Positions 13,030-26,414 of a stretch of DNA of 64,000 nucleotides are shown one piece after another. Under the pieces are notes generated by a model. It saw only the letters and a program-made list of their open reading frames with translations. It was not told where the DNA came from and ran no database searches. The translations under genes were made by a program, and so were the position numbers. Position 1 is the stretch's first letter, and each line of letters starts with the position of its first letter. The DNA is from Octopus bimaculoides (taxonomy: Eukaryota): assembly GCF_001194135.2 (NCBI RefSeq), contig NC_068992.1, positions 6,084,718-6,148,717 of the forward strand, read 5' to 3'.

Positions 13030-13350
13030 ACACGAATTCGTTCTTACAAATCGTAAACTTCTGCGGTCATCTTGCAAACTCTCCGATCCATCGGAGCTTG
13101 TGATGTAAAAATTTCGTTCCAATACAGTCAATAGTTTCACTATTCGGAGCCATGTTTTGTCTCTATAAGAACAGAATATTTCTCATCGTTTGTTTGTAAA
13201 GTTCCAAATTAACAGTCTTCTTAGCTATAGGCACAGTCTTTGTGCCTAAAGAAGAGTTGAAGTAAATCGAGTTCGTACCGTTTCGATCTCGTGAAGTTTT
13301 CTGAAAAGTTGGATGTTAAAAACGAGTTAGATTTCAAATTTTATTGGATA
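13030..13350 (-). mobile_element. Possible decayed mariner 5' region (N-terminal HTH)
   Basis: Minus-strand pieces NMAPNSETI and ESLQDDRRS resemble mariner APSxSTV and ESLEDDPRSGRP. Heavily disrupted. Confidence 0.25.
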
Positions 13351-13829
13351 CGGTTACGTCTGAAGATGAATATTAGGTAACAGAAATGCTGAAATACTTC
13401 AAGGTCTCATGAATGTAATTTTAATAATGCAGTGTTCTTTCCATTTTAGGTGGAGATGCACAAATTCCTTGATGCATTTGCATTAACGTCTAGAAAATAA
13501 AAAAACATTCGTAATCATCCAAAAATATGTCTGAAAAATCTTATACATTTTAAGAACTCTACGCTATGATGGCGTTATCTCTAGCATTGTGAAACGCAAA
13601 ATAAATATAAACATTGTTTGTTCATGTCCATTTGCGAAGGTTGAAGGCTCTCTTATCATAATAAGACCGAACAACATTTCAGTTTAGATTTGTAATATTT
13701 ATCATATCATATCTGAAAAGTATACATTAAATGTATCGGCGGAAAATATATTGCCTTTTAATGCGCGTTACAGGAAGGAAAACATTTTTTTCTATATATA
13801 TTCTATTTGTTCATTCGTATATTCATGAA

Positions 13830-14060
13830 TAGCCTTTACAACTCTCAATACATGAATTGCACAGAACCTGGCGCATTCATGGCAGCGTGCATCATTGCAC
13901 TCAGAGAATGAGGTCTCTAACGATATTTTCCCCGGATTTATCTTGAGTAAAAGATTATATCTACCAGTCCCATGACAGGCACAAACTTCAAGAAAAATAC
14001 TTTCTGTAACAACCAAAGGTCTACAAAGAAGAGATTTGAGACAATCTTTACTGAATTAGA
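13830..14060 (+). mobile_element. Decayed mariner transposase C-terminal fragment
   Basis: Plus strand reads IFSPDLS*VKDYIYQS-H..KLQEKYF, resembling mariner YSPDLAPSDYHLFxSMxHxLxxxxF. Confidence 0.45.
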
Positions 14061-16195
14061 GTGAATACATTTCTATATTAGTAACGATATCATGTTTGGA
14101 TATAGTTTAAAAGATACACTTGCTTAAAATCTGCAGGTTATATTCTGTATTCGCAGGTACGAAAAACGGGATTTTAATTGCCAGTAAGAATGATTTGACA
14201 AATATATTTCCCAAGTTCTGCTGACCATTATCTTTTCGTTTGGTTTCGGATTTTCAAAATTGCAACATTAGAAACTTAAATTGATCGTGGGGCATCAATC
14301 TGTAGGGGAACAATTTCGTGAGAGGCATTCTCACTACAGTAATGATACATTTGGAAGAAGACTAAGATGATTTCTAAATGTTTCAGACACTTCTCCAATA
14401 TAACTTATTTATATTTTAAGTGAAATTTCCGCCCCCATATTGTGTCAACGTTCGTTTCTTGTGAGCTGGAGTAATGTTGGAACCTATGTCAAAGAATTTC
14501 TTTATTAGTTCCTGTCTATGCAACAGAGTCTGATTTCTCAGCCGTCGCCGACACGTACCCACATATAAAGCACAAAAACACACAATCAGAAACATACATA
14601 TAGACATGCATATAAGTCCATATCTCTGAGAGAATATATGAGTATACATGTCTATATACACACGCACTCTCACACACACAGCCATATATNNNNNNNNNNN
14701 NNNNNNNNNNNNNNNNNNNNNNNNNNNNNNNNNNNNNNNNNNNNNNNNNNNNNNNNTATATATATATATATATATATATATATGCAGACACATGCATATA
14801 TGCATACAAATACATGTATGCAGCCATATACATACATAAGTGTGTGTTTTTTTGTTATATATATATATATATATACATGTATGAAAACGCCTACATAGAA
14901 ATGCTAATGTAGATACACACACGGAGTGTGAAGCAATCTGCATGAAGACAAGACTTTGCGTATGCTATTTAACAATAATGTATATAAGAAACTTTATGAG
15001 TCACAATTTATTAGCTTCACTGTCAGAACAGTTTGATGTTATTCCAGTGTTTTCTTTATCTCCATTACTTTACTTGCAACCGTCTATTTCTTCTGTGTGC
15101 TATCCTATAAATCTTAACAATAAATTCTCATCTCATCATCGAGAAGAGGAATTAGGAAAGCAATAGAGACAAACAGAAAAAGAAGTGTTTCATTGAAAGA
15201 ATTCATAAATAGACCATTGATACGCAGAAAATATTGTGTTATGTTGATAGCACACTCATCAATGCGCCAAACTACAAACGGACACAGGCGTAAATACGAG
15301 GAATCCCATAGGTAAGGTGAATGATACCGAGTATCAATTTATGAAAAGAATAAAGGAAAAAATTATATTTACTGTAATTAAGAAAGAAATAGCACACTAA
15401 CTTCTCTCTTAAATCTAATCATAGCAACACTTAAAACAACCCACAACTTTTCTTGTGGAGACACATAAATACGTATATATTGAACTAAATTACGATCTGG
15501 TATTCTTGAGTGTCATGTATTATGCTCAATAAAAATAAAATGACAATTTTGTGCAAGTTTTCTATCAAAGCTGAACAAACTTTCGTACGGATGATAATGT
15601 GCGAAATACGCCATTTTCAGAGATATGTGTATATAATTCATTACATGCTACGTTTAATTTGTGTGCATACGAGCGTGGAGGCGCGTGTGCGTGTGTGTGT
15701 GTGTATGTGTGTGTGCGTGAGTGTGTGTGTATGTGTTTCTCTGTGTGAATACATGTTTGGAAATGCGCGCATGTATACATGCATGTCTGTGCATACGTAT
15801 GCATGCGTATGTGTATGTATGCCCGTATGTGTATATGTGCGCTTGTATGAATATAAACGCATCGTTTACGAATTATATATATCTAATAGCAGAATGAATT
15901 TTTTATAAATATTTCGCAAAATATATCGATGTTGACACTGCGAATACGCTCTGCAGTAGCCCTTCGTTGATGACATCAGACTGTACCAAACCGATCGAAT
16001 GCATATGTCAATTCCTCTCGATTGTTGTCGATGATGTTCATTCTTCAGTCAGAGAACCAGTTGTTGAATGAAGCCATCCAATAATTATTAATAGACGATT
16101 GTTTCACACGAAATAAATTATAATCTATCATACGTCACCAATAGATAGCTTTCTCTGTGCAATCTGTCTGTAAATGCATTTATTCCTGTCTATAT

Positions 16196-16250
<55 letters not shown>

Positions 16251-16365
16251 NNNNNNNNNNNNNNNNNNNNNNNNNNNNNNNNNNNNNNNNNNNNNNNNNN
16301 NNNNNNNNNNNNNNNNNNNNNNNNNNNNNNNNNNNNNNNNNNNNNNNNNNNNNNNNNNNNNNNNN

Positions 16366-16406
<41 letters not shown>

Positions 16407-17936
16407 TATTTTTTGTGATATTTAGCAGAAGTAACAGAGTGACTCGAGTTCCGGGAGTTCCGTGCTGCAAGGGCACGAAGCGTTCGGATCTTGAGTTATT
16501 ATGTTATTTACGTTAAATATTAAGAAAAATATACATATACAGATATTCTGAGTTCTATTTTTTCCTATGAATTTATGTACACAAATAGAAAAGAGAGACA
16601 GACCTAGAAAGAGGGAGAAAAGAAGAAACAAAGTCTAATGGATTTCGACTTAACGCATCTATTGCATTTCATGTGACCTTGATACTTGTTAAGCCATAGA
16701 GCCACTTCTTTGTCACAAGCATTCTGTGTCTAATTTGGTTATTAATGGATCGCGTTTAAAAGTAACATTTTGCTTAACCAAATTTTCAATTTGCATTATT
16801 TTCGGAAGTAATTTCCCATCTCATCTCCTTTTTTAACACCCCGCCTTTTTTTTTTTCATTCACATCCAAAACAACAGAACAACTATTCATTTCAAGTAAC
16901 TGGCATGTTAGCAATTTCGTGAATTTTGCAAAAGAACATATCTAACATATTCCTTTAGAGACCTCCGCTATAGATTAGCAGCTCAATACTCATATTTACA
17001 AATGATCTTTCTTCTTTAGAACAAATAAAAAAATTAAAAAAATTCTAAGTCTCCATGTTTCATAATCTCTACTCAATCAACTTTTGCATCAGTTACAACT
17101 CTAACGTTGTGGTTTCTGATCAATATGCCATTTCTCGTTTAATTTGGATTGAACGCTGAACGGTCATCGCTTCATCTCATGTTCAAATTTTGTTGCTTTA
17201 CCAATTTTATCTTAAATATAATTACATTGAATGTAGCTTGACTTGCAAAGCTACACTTCCTTAAGAAATCAGCGTCTGCTTGTTTTATTCGAAAATAACT
17301 TTTAAATCTCCATCTATTTGTTGCGGTGTCTTATGAAACCATAACATTTAACCCCAACAATTAAACATAGACAGTTAATTAAATAATGAGACACTTTTGC
17401 TTTAGACAGATTTTTACTTCTGCTGCACGACCAAAGGATACTCTGCAAATTTGCTCTAACATGAATAATATTTACTTGCAAATATACGACTAGAGAATCC
17501 TTGAAAATATGACAGCATTACCACTGTTTTGATGCTTTTAACGATACATTTTGTTCAGTCGAGGATTTACAGGTCTAAGTAACAACAAGCATCAACGTAC
17601 ATCATTTGCTGCATTTATTTATATTTCTATCAAAATATGCTCCCAATTTCAATCGCTTAAAAAAGTCGATTTAGACATTGGTTCTGAAATTTCATATGTT
17701 TTTCTTACACAATTCTTATGGATGCTGAGATTTCGTTCCCCTGTGATTGATGCTGAGTTATAGTAGTTCTACAACAAAGGGAGTGTCTATCAGTGGTAGC
17801 AGAAGTTGTAGGAGTTGTTGTTATTTGTAACAGCAATAGCAATGCTAGTTGCTTTGATTTGTATAATTTAATAGTGTCAAATTCAGCAAAAGTTGCAGTA
17901 GGCATGGCAGTTGATCTCCCCACTCTTCTCCCACAG

Positions 17937-17953
17937 GTATTTAGAAGTGGTCG
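17937..17953 (+). other. Candidate 17-nt micro-exon
   Basis: Acceptor ctccccactcttctcccacag|G and donor TCG|gtaatt. No protein identity. Confidence 0.12.
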
Positions 17954-18244
17954 GTAATTGTTTATAAAGGTTGTTTCGAGCTGATACTTCGTTGCTCTGT
18001 TGGGTAATTACTACATCGATATACGGAGGGAAAATGTACATTTGATGGTTGCTTCCTTGTTCATATATCTATACGTTCACTGTGTCTTATTTTCTGTATT
18101 CTCACATTTAAACCTGTGACCCATGTACAGAAATGTGTTGTTTCAAGGATATTTTCGGTTTGTTCTATATAATTCTCTGCACATTCCGTATAAGAAAGTA
18201 CACAGATTAGTTTTTCAGTTTTTCGGATGCATATGTCTACAGAT

Positions 18245-18690
18245 AAGAGTCTACTACCTGGAGCGAAGGCGAGAGAGATATGCAGTAATATACATCTGGA
18301 AGATCCTGGAAAGGGTTGTGTGAAATTTTGGCATTGAAAGCTACACAAATGCCGGAACGGATCGCCTCTGCACAGTGCCAAAGATCCCAGCAATGTCATC
18401 GTGCTTCAGGACCAGTTACTGCAACAACCTGGGTTTCAGGGGCCCACAGCTTTTTAATATTCTCCCAAAGATCCTGAGGGATCTACATGAAGTGGATGTA
18501 GGTATTTTCAAATCAAGAGTGGATCGCTTCCTGTCATGAGTCCCAGATCAACCTACCTCACGGCAAGAGGTGCAAAGAAGGGTAGCGACATCACCAAATG
18601 CCACATATTAGAGGAGGCTCTCAATAATAACAGTGTAGCAAAACGGCGGTGCCCCAGCATGGCCAGAGCTTTGAGCTTAAACTGATAAAA
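18245..18690 (+). mobile_element. CR1-superfamily LINE 3' end (ORF2 C-terminus plus 3' UTR)
   Basis: Reads YYLERRRERYAVIYIWKILERVV-NFGIESYTNAGTDRLCTVPKIP...GFRGPQLFNILPKILRDLHEVDVGIFKSRVDRFLS*VPDQP. This matches CR1-type LYSLERRRERY, GPxLFNxLP and FKxxLDxFLxxVPDxP. The tail is ggcggtgccccagcatggcc. Confidence 0.85.
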
Positions 18691-18727
18691 ATTATATATA
18701 AATGCATACACACACGCACATACATAT

Positions 18728-18767
<40 letters not shown>

Positions 18768-18829
18768 GTATATGTACATATCTATGTGTGTGTAAACACG
18801 TATTCATGTGAATGTGTGAAAAAAAATGT

Positions 18830-18900
<71 letters not shown>

Positions 18901-19384
18901 CATATTTTCACACACAGACACATGCGTACATATTTTCGCACACGCATACATATGTATATAAACTTATATATATAAAGACAGATGCAGCAGGAGAGTGTGA
19001 TAGTAAAAGAGCCATCTATTTATCATTCATGTGTATACGCCATTGATAATTTCTTTATTGCATTATATGCTTTCAGTATGATATATATTTGGCTATTTTC
19101 ATTTAATTCTACCTGAATTACTTATACCAGATACATACACGCATACATACATCTGCATTCACACCCCTATGCACAAAACGTGCGTGTGTGTCTGTGTGGT
19201 TTATGTATGTTTTTAAATATGCATGTATGTACGTACGTTTGCACGCCTGAAAGTACGCATGTATGTATGTATGTGAAATGAAAATGATTTCCAATTCAGA
19301 TGGAAATGCTTGGCATGCAGATGTGACACTTAAAACATGAATGTCGATAAATATTTTACGTCATTTCTAGAGTTCGACACTCAC

Positions 19385-19896
19385 CATATGTATGTGTCAT
19401 TTCCAACACGGAGATTGACAGATAGTAAATATATCACGTGGCTTTTTAAATGACGCACTGGAAAGATTGACTCAAGTCATAGATAACTGTGTATTTGTGT
19501 TAAAATAATTCGTGCTCTTATGTGATGCAGATGAGGAACGTTGACTTTTGTAACTGCTGATTAATTGAGGTAATGTGGAAGCAAAGTAAATGAAAGAGAA
19601 AATAACTACTACGAAGGTGATGTGAGAAAAGAAGGCGAGTAGAGAATTTGGTGGTGATGATGATGGCGGCAACGAAGATAAAGAAAGTGGTGCTCGAAAC
19701 GCTGATTGTCTTTGTTGCTGCTGGTGGCAGCGAGGTCGGTTCTTTTGCCTTCGTAACATTTGTAGTGGCAGTAACTATTTTAGTTTTCGGTTAGTAGTGG
19801 TGGTAGTGGTGGTGTGCTCTTTGTGATGCTGGTGGTGGCTTTCGCGCAATAATCCTGGGGTTGTTGTTGTGGCTGACGATAATTAGATGAAAATCT
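19385..19896 (-). other. Candidate host-gene 5' exon ending exactly in ATG (5' UTR with upstream ORFs)
   Basis: Strong donor ATG|GTGAGT (ATG at 19387-19385). Possible acceptors are ttttag| near 19896 or ctttccag| near 19458. The interval holds a 95-aa ORF (19472-19759) with a hydrophobic stretch. No homology recognised. Confidence 0.18.
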
Positions 19897-22800
19897 AAAA
19901 TAAATTACAGAATATATACACTGATATGGACATATATATTTGTATATATATATATATATATATATNNNNNNNNNNNNNNNNNNNNNNNNNNNNNNNNNNN
20001 NNNNNNNNNNNNNNNNNNNNNNNNNNNNNNNNNNNNNNNNNNNNNNNNNNNNNNNNNNNNNNNNNNNNNNNNNNNNNNNNNNNNNNNNNNNNNNNNNNNN
20101 NNNNNNNNNNNNNNNNNNNNNNNNNNNNNNNNNNNNNNNNNNNNNNNNNNNNNNNNNNNNNNNNNNNNNNNNNNNNNNNNNNNNNNNNNNNNNNNNNNNN
20201 NNNNNNNNNNNNNNNNNNNNNNNNNNNNNNNNNNNNNNNNNNNNNNNNNNNNNNNNNNNNNNNNNNNNNNNNNNNNNNNNNNNNNNNNNNNNNNNNNNNN
20301 NNNNNNNNNNNNNNNNNNNNNNNNNNNNNNNTATATATATACTAGTAGCTAAACTCGATTTCACCCGGCCTGTTTGGATGATGTGGATGTGATCGTTTTC
20401 AGTTAGGGATAATCTATAACAGCGTTTCTCAACCTTATCATTACGGCTCCCCTGTTTTGATTGGAACCTCTAGCTGTTTGAAGATTTCATCAACCCCCTG
20501 TCAGAAAATGGCTTCAGGATTTGTGAAGAAAGATTTTGTACGTAGTCTGTTTCTGAGAGCTATTCTATTGAATATCTTTCTAATCATTAAAACATTTATT
20601 TAATGATGAACATAGAAAGAAATTATACATTTTTGTAGTGAGTGAATGTGTGAGTAATTATGTTTGTTTGTATGTATGTATGTATGTATGTATGTATGTA
20701 TGTATGAATGAATGGCTTCAGTGACACACACTCACATACACGTACGCACGCAGGTTGTTTTAATCGATGTTCTCGATTACTATCCAATCTATGCACCCAT
20801 CTCCACATGTGTACCATTTCCCACGCGAATCCACCCAGCCGTTTTGCCGTGAACCTCGAGACAAGAAAGAATACAACGGTCGCCCATGTTCAATTTACAT
20901 TATATATATATATATACAGAGAGAAAGAGAGAAATAGATTGATAGATAGATACATACATAGACTAGACATACACACAAATATATATATGAATGCGTATAT
21001 ACATATATATANNNNNNNNNNNNNNNNNNNNNNNNNNNNNNNNNNNNNNNNNNNNNNNNNNNNNNNNNNNNNNNNNNNNNNNNNNNNNNNNNNNNNNNNN
21101 NNNNNNNNNNNNNNNNNNNNNNNNNNNNNNNNNNNNNNNNNNNNNNNNNNNNNNNNNNNNNNNNNNNNNNNNNNNNNNNNNNNNNNNNNNNNNNNNNNNN
21201 NNNNNNNNNNNNNNNNNNNNNNNNNNNNNNNNNNNNNNNNNNNNNNNNNNNNNNNNNNNNNNNNNNNNNNNNNNNNNNNNNNNNNNNNNNNNNNNNNNNN
21301 NNNNNNNNNNNNNNNNNNNNNNNNNNNNNNNNNNNNNNNNNNNNNNNNNNNNNNNNNNNNNNNNNNNNNNNNNNNNNNNNNNNNNNNNNNNNNNNNNNNN
21401 NNNNNNNNNNNNNNNNNNNNNNNNNNNNNNNNNNNNNNNNNNNNNNNNNNNNNNNNNNNNNNNNNNNNNNNNNNNNNNNNNNNNNNNNNNNNNNNNNNNN
21501 NNNNNNNNNNNNNNNNNNNNNNNNNNNNNNNNNNNNNNNNNNNNNNNNNNNNNNNNNNNNNNNNNNNNNNNNNNNNNNNNNNNNNNNNNNNNNNNNNNNN
21601 NNNNNNNNNNNNNNNNNNNNNNNNNNNNNNNNNNNNNNNNNNNNNNNNNNNNNNNNNNNNNNNNNNNNNNNNNNNNNNNNNNNNNNNNNNNNATATATAT
21701 ATATATATATATACTCACACATAAATACTTGGTCATATTTTTAGAAGAAGGCGCTCAAAACGAACTTTTTAAACGGTCCTCTACACCTGCACGTCCGATG
21801 TTGACGGCGCCATATGTATGTATAAATATATATTTATATGCATATGTAAATATATATACATATACACACATAAATATATATATGCATATATGTTCATGCA
21901 TGGATATATGTGTATGTGTGGTCTATGTGAGTATACCATGCAAATATGTATGAATGCATAAATGTATGTTAGCATGTATTAAGTAAGTATTTATGTATCT
22001 TTGTATGTATATACAATGTCGTTCATGCAACCACAATATATCTTTAGGTCATCAACAAAAATGGGTTGGATAACATTAATTTTATTCTTTTAGGCATATC
22101 CCAGCAAGTAGCCTCGGCATTTCGTTAACAGGGCTGACAAGGGGTTTGCTGCAAGTACAAGGAACATTACAAATATCACTCTACGCGTGTACATATATGA
22201 TTGTGTGTTATTCTTAGTTTGCAAAAGTTAACTGTATTATTGTTTAAGCGTGTTTTGCGTATGATAATACCTGTATCGAGTCTCCCAATGTATGTATGTC
22301 TATATGTAAGAATATATACATGTACGTGTGTGTTTGTGTGTGTAAGCATACAGGGTGATAGAGATTGCGGAAGCGTAAAATATTGGAAGAAGTAAAACTG
22401 AGCGGTTATAGAATCGAAGGGCTTCTATATAACATTAACCAATAATCAGATATATAGATAGTGTTGGAAAACTTATGTAGCATATATTATTGCATACCTA
22501 CAAGCTGTGATGTTAATGACATAGAAAGCAATGAAAGTATGAGACGAAATTACAGCAGAAACACACGAAAGTCAATGGCATTATTCAAAAGTGAGTCCCA
22601 TAAAAAAAGCATTAGTCTTAATTATAGAAAGTTTTCCAACTAAAATAGGCAAAACGCTAGTAGAAATTCAAGAAATAACGGTGCATGATATTCTGCGTTA
22701 GAGAACATTGAGAATATTGTCATTAAACGAAGCATGTTTCGATATATTACATTTTTATTGCATTTTGAAATATCATTGTGTATTATATATTGCTAAAGAA

Positions 22801-24619
22801 TGGTGTCATGCATCTACGAGTTAGTCAGGGGTAATTTGTTATACAGGAAACCTGGAAAAGACTAGCGACCAGTAAAAATGTTTGAAATTTAATAATCAGT
22901 GCATGTAATAAGCAGACACAAAATTGTAGAATTTTTCATATATTATTGATAAACAAAAAAGAGAGACATGGTTTCAAGAAACAAAAAATTTCTCAAACAA
23001 TATGAGCATTTTTCCCCCTCGGTGGAAAACAATGATAAGGCAAGAAAGTGAAAATATACAATTCACATTATTACATATGTACTCAAATATTGACAACGAT
23101 AAATTGGTCATCAAAACAAGAGCGGTATGGAACAATAACCTTTTAGACAACGACTTTTTTCAAGGCAAAATATTAGATTGACAGTTATATACAATTGAAG
23201 AAGTTTAGCAATTCTCTTGTCTTATAGCTATACTTGAAATCTTACAGCTTACTGACATCCCGAAACGACTGAGAGGTAAATTACTAAAGCAGTAGGAAAA
23301 TGACAGCTACATTTTATATTTTACTAATTCAATAAGAAAGACACATCAGAAACACAAAATAATAATAATACAGCCTTTAGATATTTTTTCTCTTTCTGTC
23401 TCTCTCTCTCTCTCATTCATTTTCTTTCTTTTTTATAATCTATTTTATGACTGACCGACAAGAATTATTGACACGTATCAACTACAATTATAGTAGAATT
23501 TAATTGTAGCTTCATTGTACTATTTCTATCTTTCATTCTTTCTCTCTNNNNNNNNNNNNNNNNNNNNNNNNNNNNNNNNNNNNNNNNNNNNNNNNNNNNN
23601 NNNNNNNNNNNNNNNNNNNNNNNNNNNNNNNNNNNNNNNNNNNNNNNNNNNNNNNNNNNNNNNNNNNNNNNNNNNNNNNNNNNNNNNNNNNNNNNNNNNN
23701 NNNNNNNNNNNNNNNNNNNNNNNNNNNNNNNNNNNNNNNNNNNNNNNNNNNNNNNNNNNNNNNNNNNNNNNNNNNNNNNNNNNNNNNNNNNNNNNNNNNN
23801 NNNNNNNNNNNNNNNNNNNNNNNNNNNNNNNNNNNNNNNNNNNNNNNNNNNNNNNNNNNNNNNNNNNNNNNNNNNNNNNNNNNNNNNNNNNNNNNNNNNN
23901 NNNNNNNNNNNNNNNNNNNNNNNNNNNNNNNNNNNNNNNNNNNNNNNNNNNNNNNNNNNNNNNNNNNNNNNNNNNNNAGTATATGCATATATACGTACAG
24001 GTATGTGCATACCGACATCCACTTGTATGTATAGGTGCATATCTGGGTACAGGACATTGCAAACAAACGTAGACGAGAAAGCACACGTGCCACATAGAGA
24101 ACATTCTACTTCATCAGCTACCCAGGTTTTAACACCGGCGTTTCGACGAGCTTCGGGCAGGACGCATCGTTAAAACGGCTCGTCCCATGAACCGCAGATT
24201 AAATTTGTATACGCAAATTAAATCTAGCCATGGAGGAATGTCGTGGCGGACAAAAAACAAGACAGGAAAACAAACAGAAAAGGCTTTACGGCCAGACGAG
24301 AAAAATCATGTGTGTATGAACGCTTATAATGTAATTCCGTGCCCATATCAGACTCGGAGAAGAGGTAATTGCATAAATACATACAGATAAATTAAGAAGT
24401 CCAAGCTGATGAGATAACAGTTCACAAATAATCCAAAAGAGAAGTCCTCAAATGAATCCAATAAATTGGATTCACGACAAAATATAAGGGGATAAACACT
24501 TGCCAATATATAAAATCGAAACCTATAAAAATAAACCTATAAAAATAAAAGAAAAATTCAAAAAATTCCCCCCAAAAAATCCAAAAATTCAAAAGTTCAA
24601 CGATGTAAACGTCAGTTAA

Positions 24620-24620
<1 letters not shown>

Positions 24621-24680
<60 letters not shown>
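24621..24680. repeat. (ATT)n microsatellite
   Basis: Direct reading. Confidence 0.97.
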
Positions 24681-26039
24681 TTAAAACAGAACAAGGTGAA
24701 TTTGTTCTTCTCCAAGGTCAGGGTCAGCACTCTTATTGAATGCTAGTAGTAGTGAATACATTTGCCCTCTGCTGACCGCAACGATGTGACGCTTCTCTTG
24801 TCGCCTGATCGCACAGGAATGCGGATCCCCATTGTTGATTTACTTCTTACCAAATCTATTTACAGAGGTGGTGGTGGTGTTGGTGGTGGTGGGGATCCCT
24901 GAAATAAGTATCAGCTGGGTACTCGATGTCCCCTCAGGCAGATTTTGTGGCTACAAAAGAAACCAATAATGTTAGAAGAAGAAGAAGAAGATGATGATGA
25001 TGATGAAATAGAAGAAGTAGAACAACAAAAAACCAACAAAAACAAGCTACGGTAGTAGTAATAGTAGTAGTAGTAGTAGTAGTGGGGGTGCTGGTGCTGC
25101 TGCTACTGTTGGTCGTTTTTGTGGTAGTGGTGGTGGTGCTGGTGGTGGTTGAAAAGAAGGAAGGGNNNNNNNNNNNNNNNNNNNNNNNNNNNNNNNNNNN
25201 NNNNNNNNNNNNNNNNNNNNNNNNNNNNNNNNNNNNNNNNNNNNNNNNNNNNNNNNNNNNNNNNNNNNNNNNNNNNNNNNNNNNNNNNNNNNNNNNNNNN
25301 NNNNNNNNNNNNNNNNNNNNNNNNNNNNNNNNNNNNNNNNNNNNNNNNNNNNNNNNNNNNNNNNTTCTATGATATATAGCAGTGCCTGTGAGAAATGTTT
25401 TCCAACGTGTAGTTAGACCATTACATTTAAATTACTGGCTTATCGAAAGAATCTTTATTGAAACTGTCAATCAAAGGTATGCGATTATAGTAAGATACAG
25501 GTGCTGAACATTCTGGCTATGTAAGGCAGTTAGAAAATGTCAGATATTTGTTTGATTGTAGAATGTCTTTTTTGTTTTTTCTTCGATTATAAGTAATTAA
25601 CAGTTGTCCCCCTCTACATTCGTATATGTACTTTTTTAATTTTGTTCCATTTTACTCAGGATAATCAATTCGTATGTTTCGTATATACATACTCCATATT
25701 GGAAACGTACTAGATAATACAGAAGTCTCTGTCACTATGTGTTCGTCCCGTGTTTCTCTGTATTTCTCTGTGTGTACGTGTTTGTGGATGTGTGCGTGCG
25801 TGTGCGTGTGTGTCTTTGGGTGTGTTGATAGAAAGACATTGGTAGAGAAAGAGAGGATTTACACAGAAAGATTGACATTTTATTTGTACATCTACGTATA
25901 TATACACACGTATACAAGGAGATAATCGTGACTTGCTAAGAATAAAGGCAAATGAATGTAAAACAAATAGTTATAAGCGAAATCTGAGATATTGAAATGA
26001 TTTTATTTATTTTATTTGAGAACAATAGCAACTTACCGT

Positions 26040-26374
26040 TCCACCGTGTCAATCAATGGTTCCCTCTATGAAAATGGTTAGAGTCAAATGAGACACCATT
26101 TGCTATTTGTGTACAACAAAATTCAAATAGAGTTTTGTTTGAAAACTATAGTTTTTCCGTTCTCTCGGCGGTCTACATCAATGCATCGCATTAAGATGCT
26201 TTATGTTGCAATCTAAAGCAATCTCCACATTCTGGCCAATAAATCAACATATAATTAAATCCAGTGATGATATGTCGGAGGAAGTTCCTTTCGTCGTTCA
26301 GCTTGAAGATCTGATCGAATATGCACGAAGACATAGAATTCCTTATCTGAAGATTTTCAAAAAGCTCAACCTTT
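26040..26374 (-). mobile_element. Old mariner transposase fragment (region around the first catalytic Asp)
   Basis: Minus strand reads ...CIFDQIFKLNDERNFLRHIITGFNYMLIYWPE, resembling mariner NDxxFLxRIITGDETWxYYxxPE with the DE motif decayed. Confidence 0.5.
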
Positions 26375-26414
26375 CTGTAAAAAAAAAAAATGTATTAGAT
26401 TTTAACTTTTTACG

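Noticed and set aside
13792-14020. Minus-strand Cys-rich 'exon' (PLVVTESIFLEVCACHG...CHECARFCAIH) after a strong acceptor
   Set aside because: The plus strand of the same bases carries mariner SPDL/DY motifs, so the frame is better explained as antisense to a transposon remnant. Exonisation cannot be excluded without RNA data.
15950-16060. FVDDIRLY, resembling an RT FADD motif
   Set aside because: An isolated 8-residue match with no flanking RT motifs in frame.
24100-24170. Minus-strand GAAAC...CTGATGA arrangement resembling a type II hammerhead
   Set aside because: Stem II and stem I cannot pair.
26037-26374. Strong minus-strand acceptor (T12-ACAG at 26375) and donor (AACG|GTAAGT at 26037)
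   Set aside because: No frame spans the interval, and the open part is mariner FLRHIITG sequence. A nested 29-nt exon (REPLIDTVER) lies within the same remnant.
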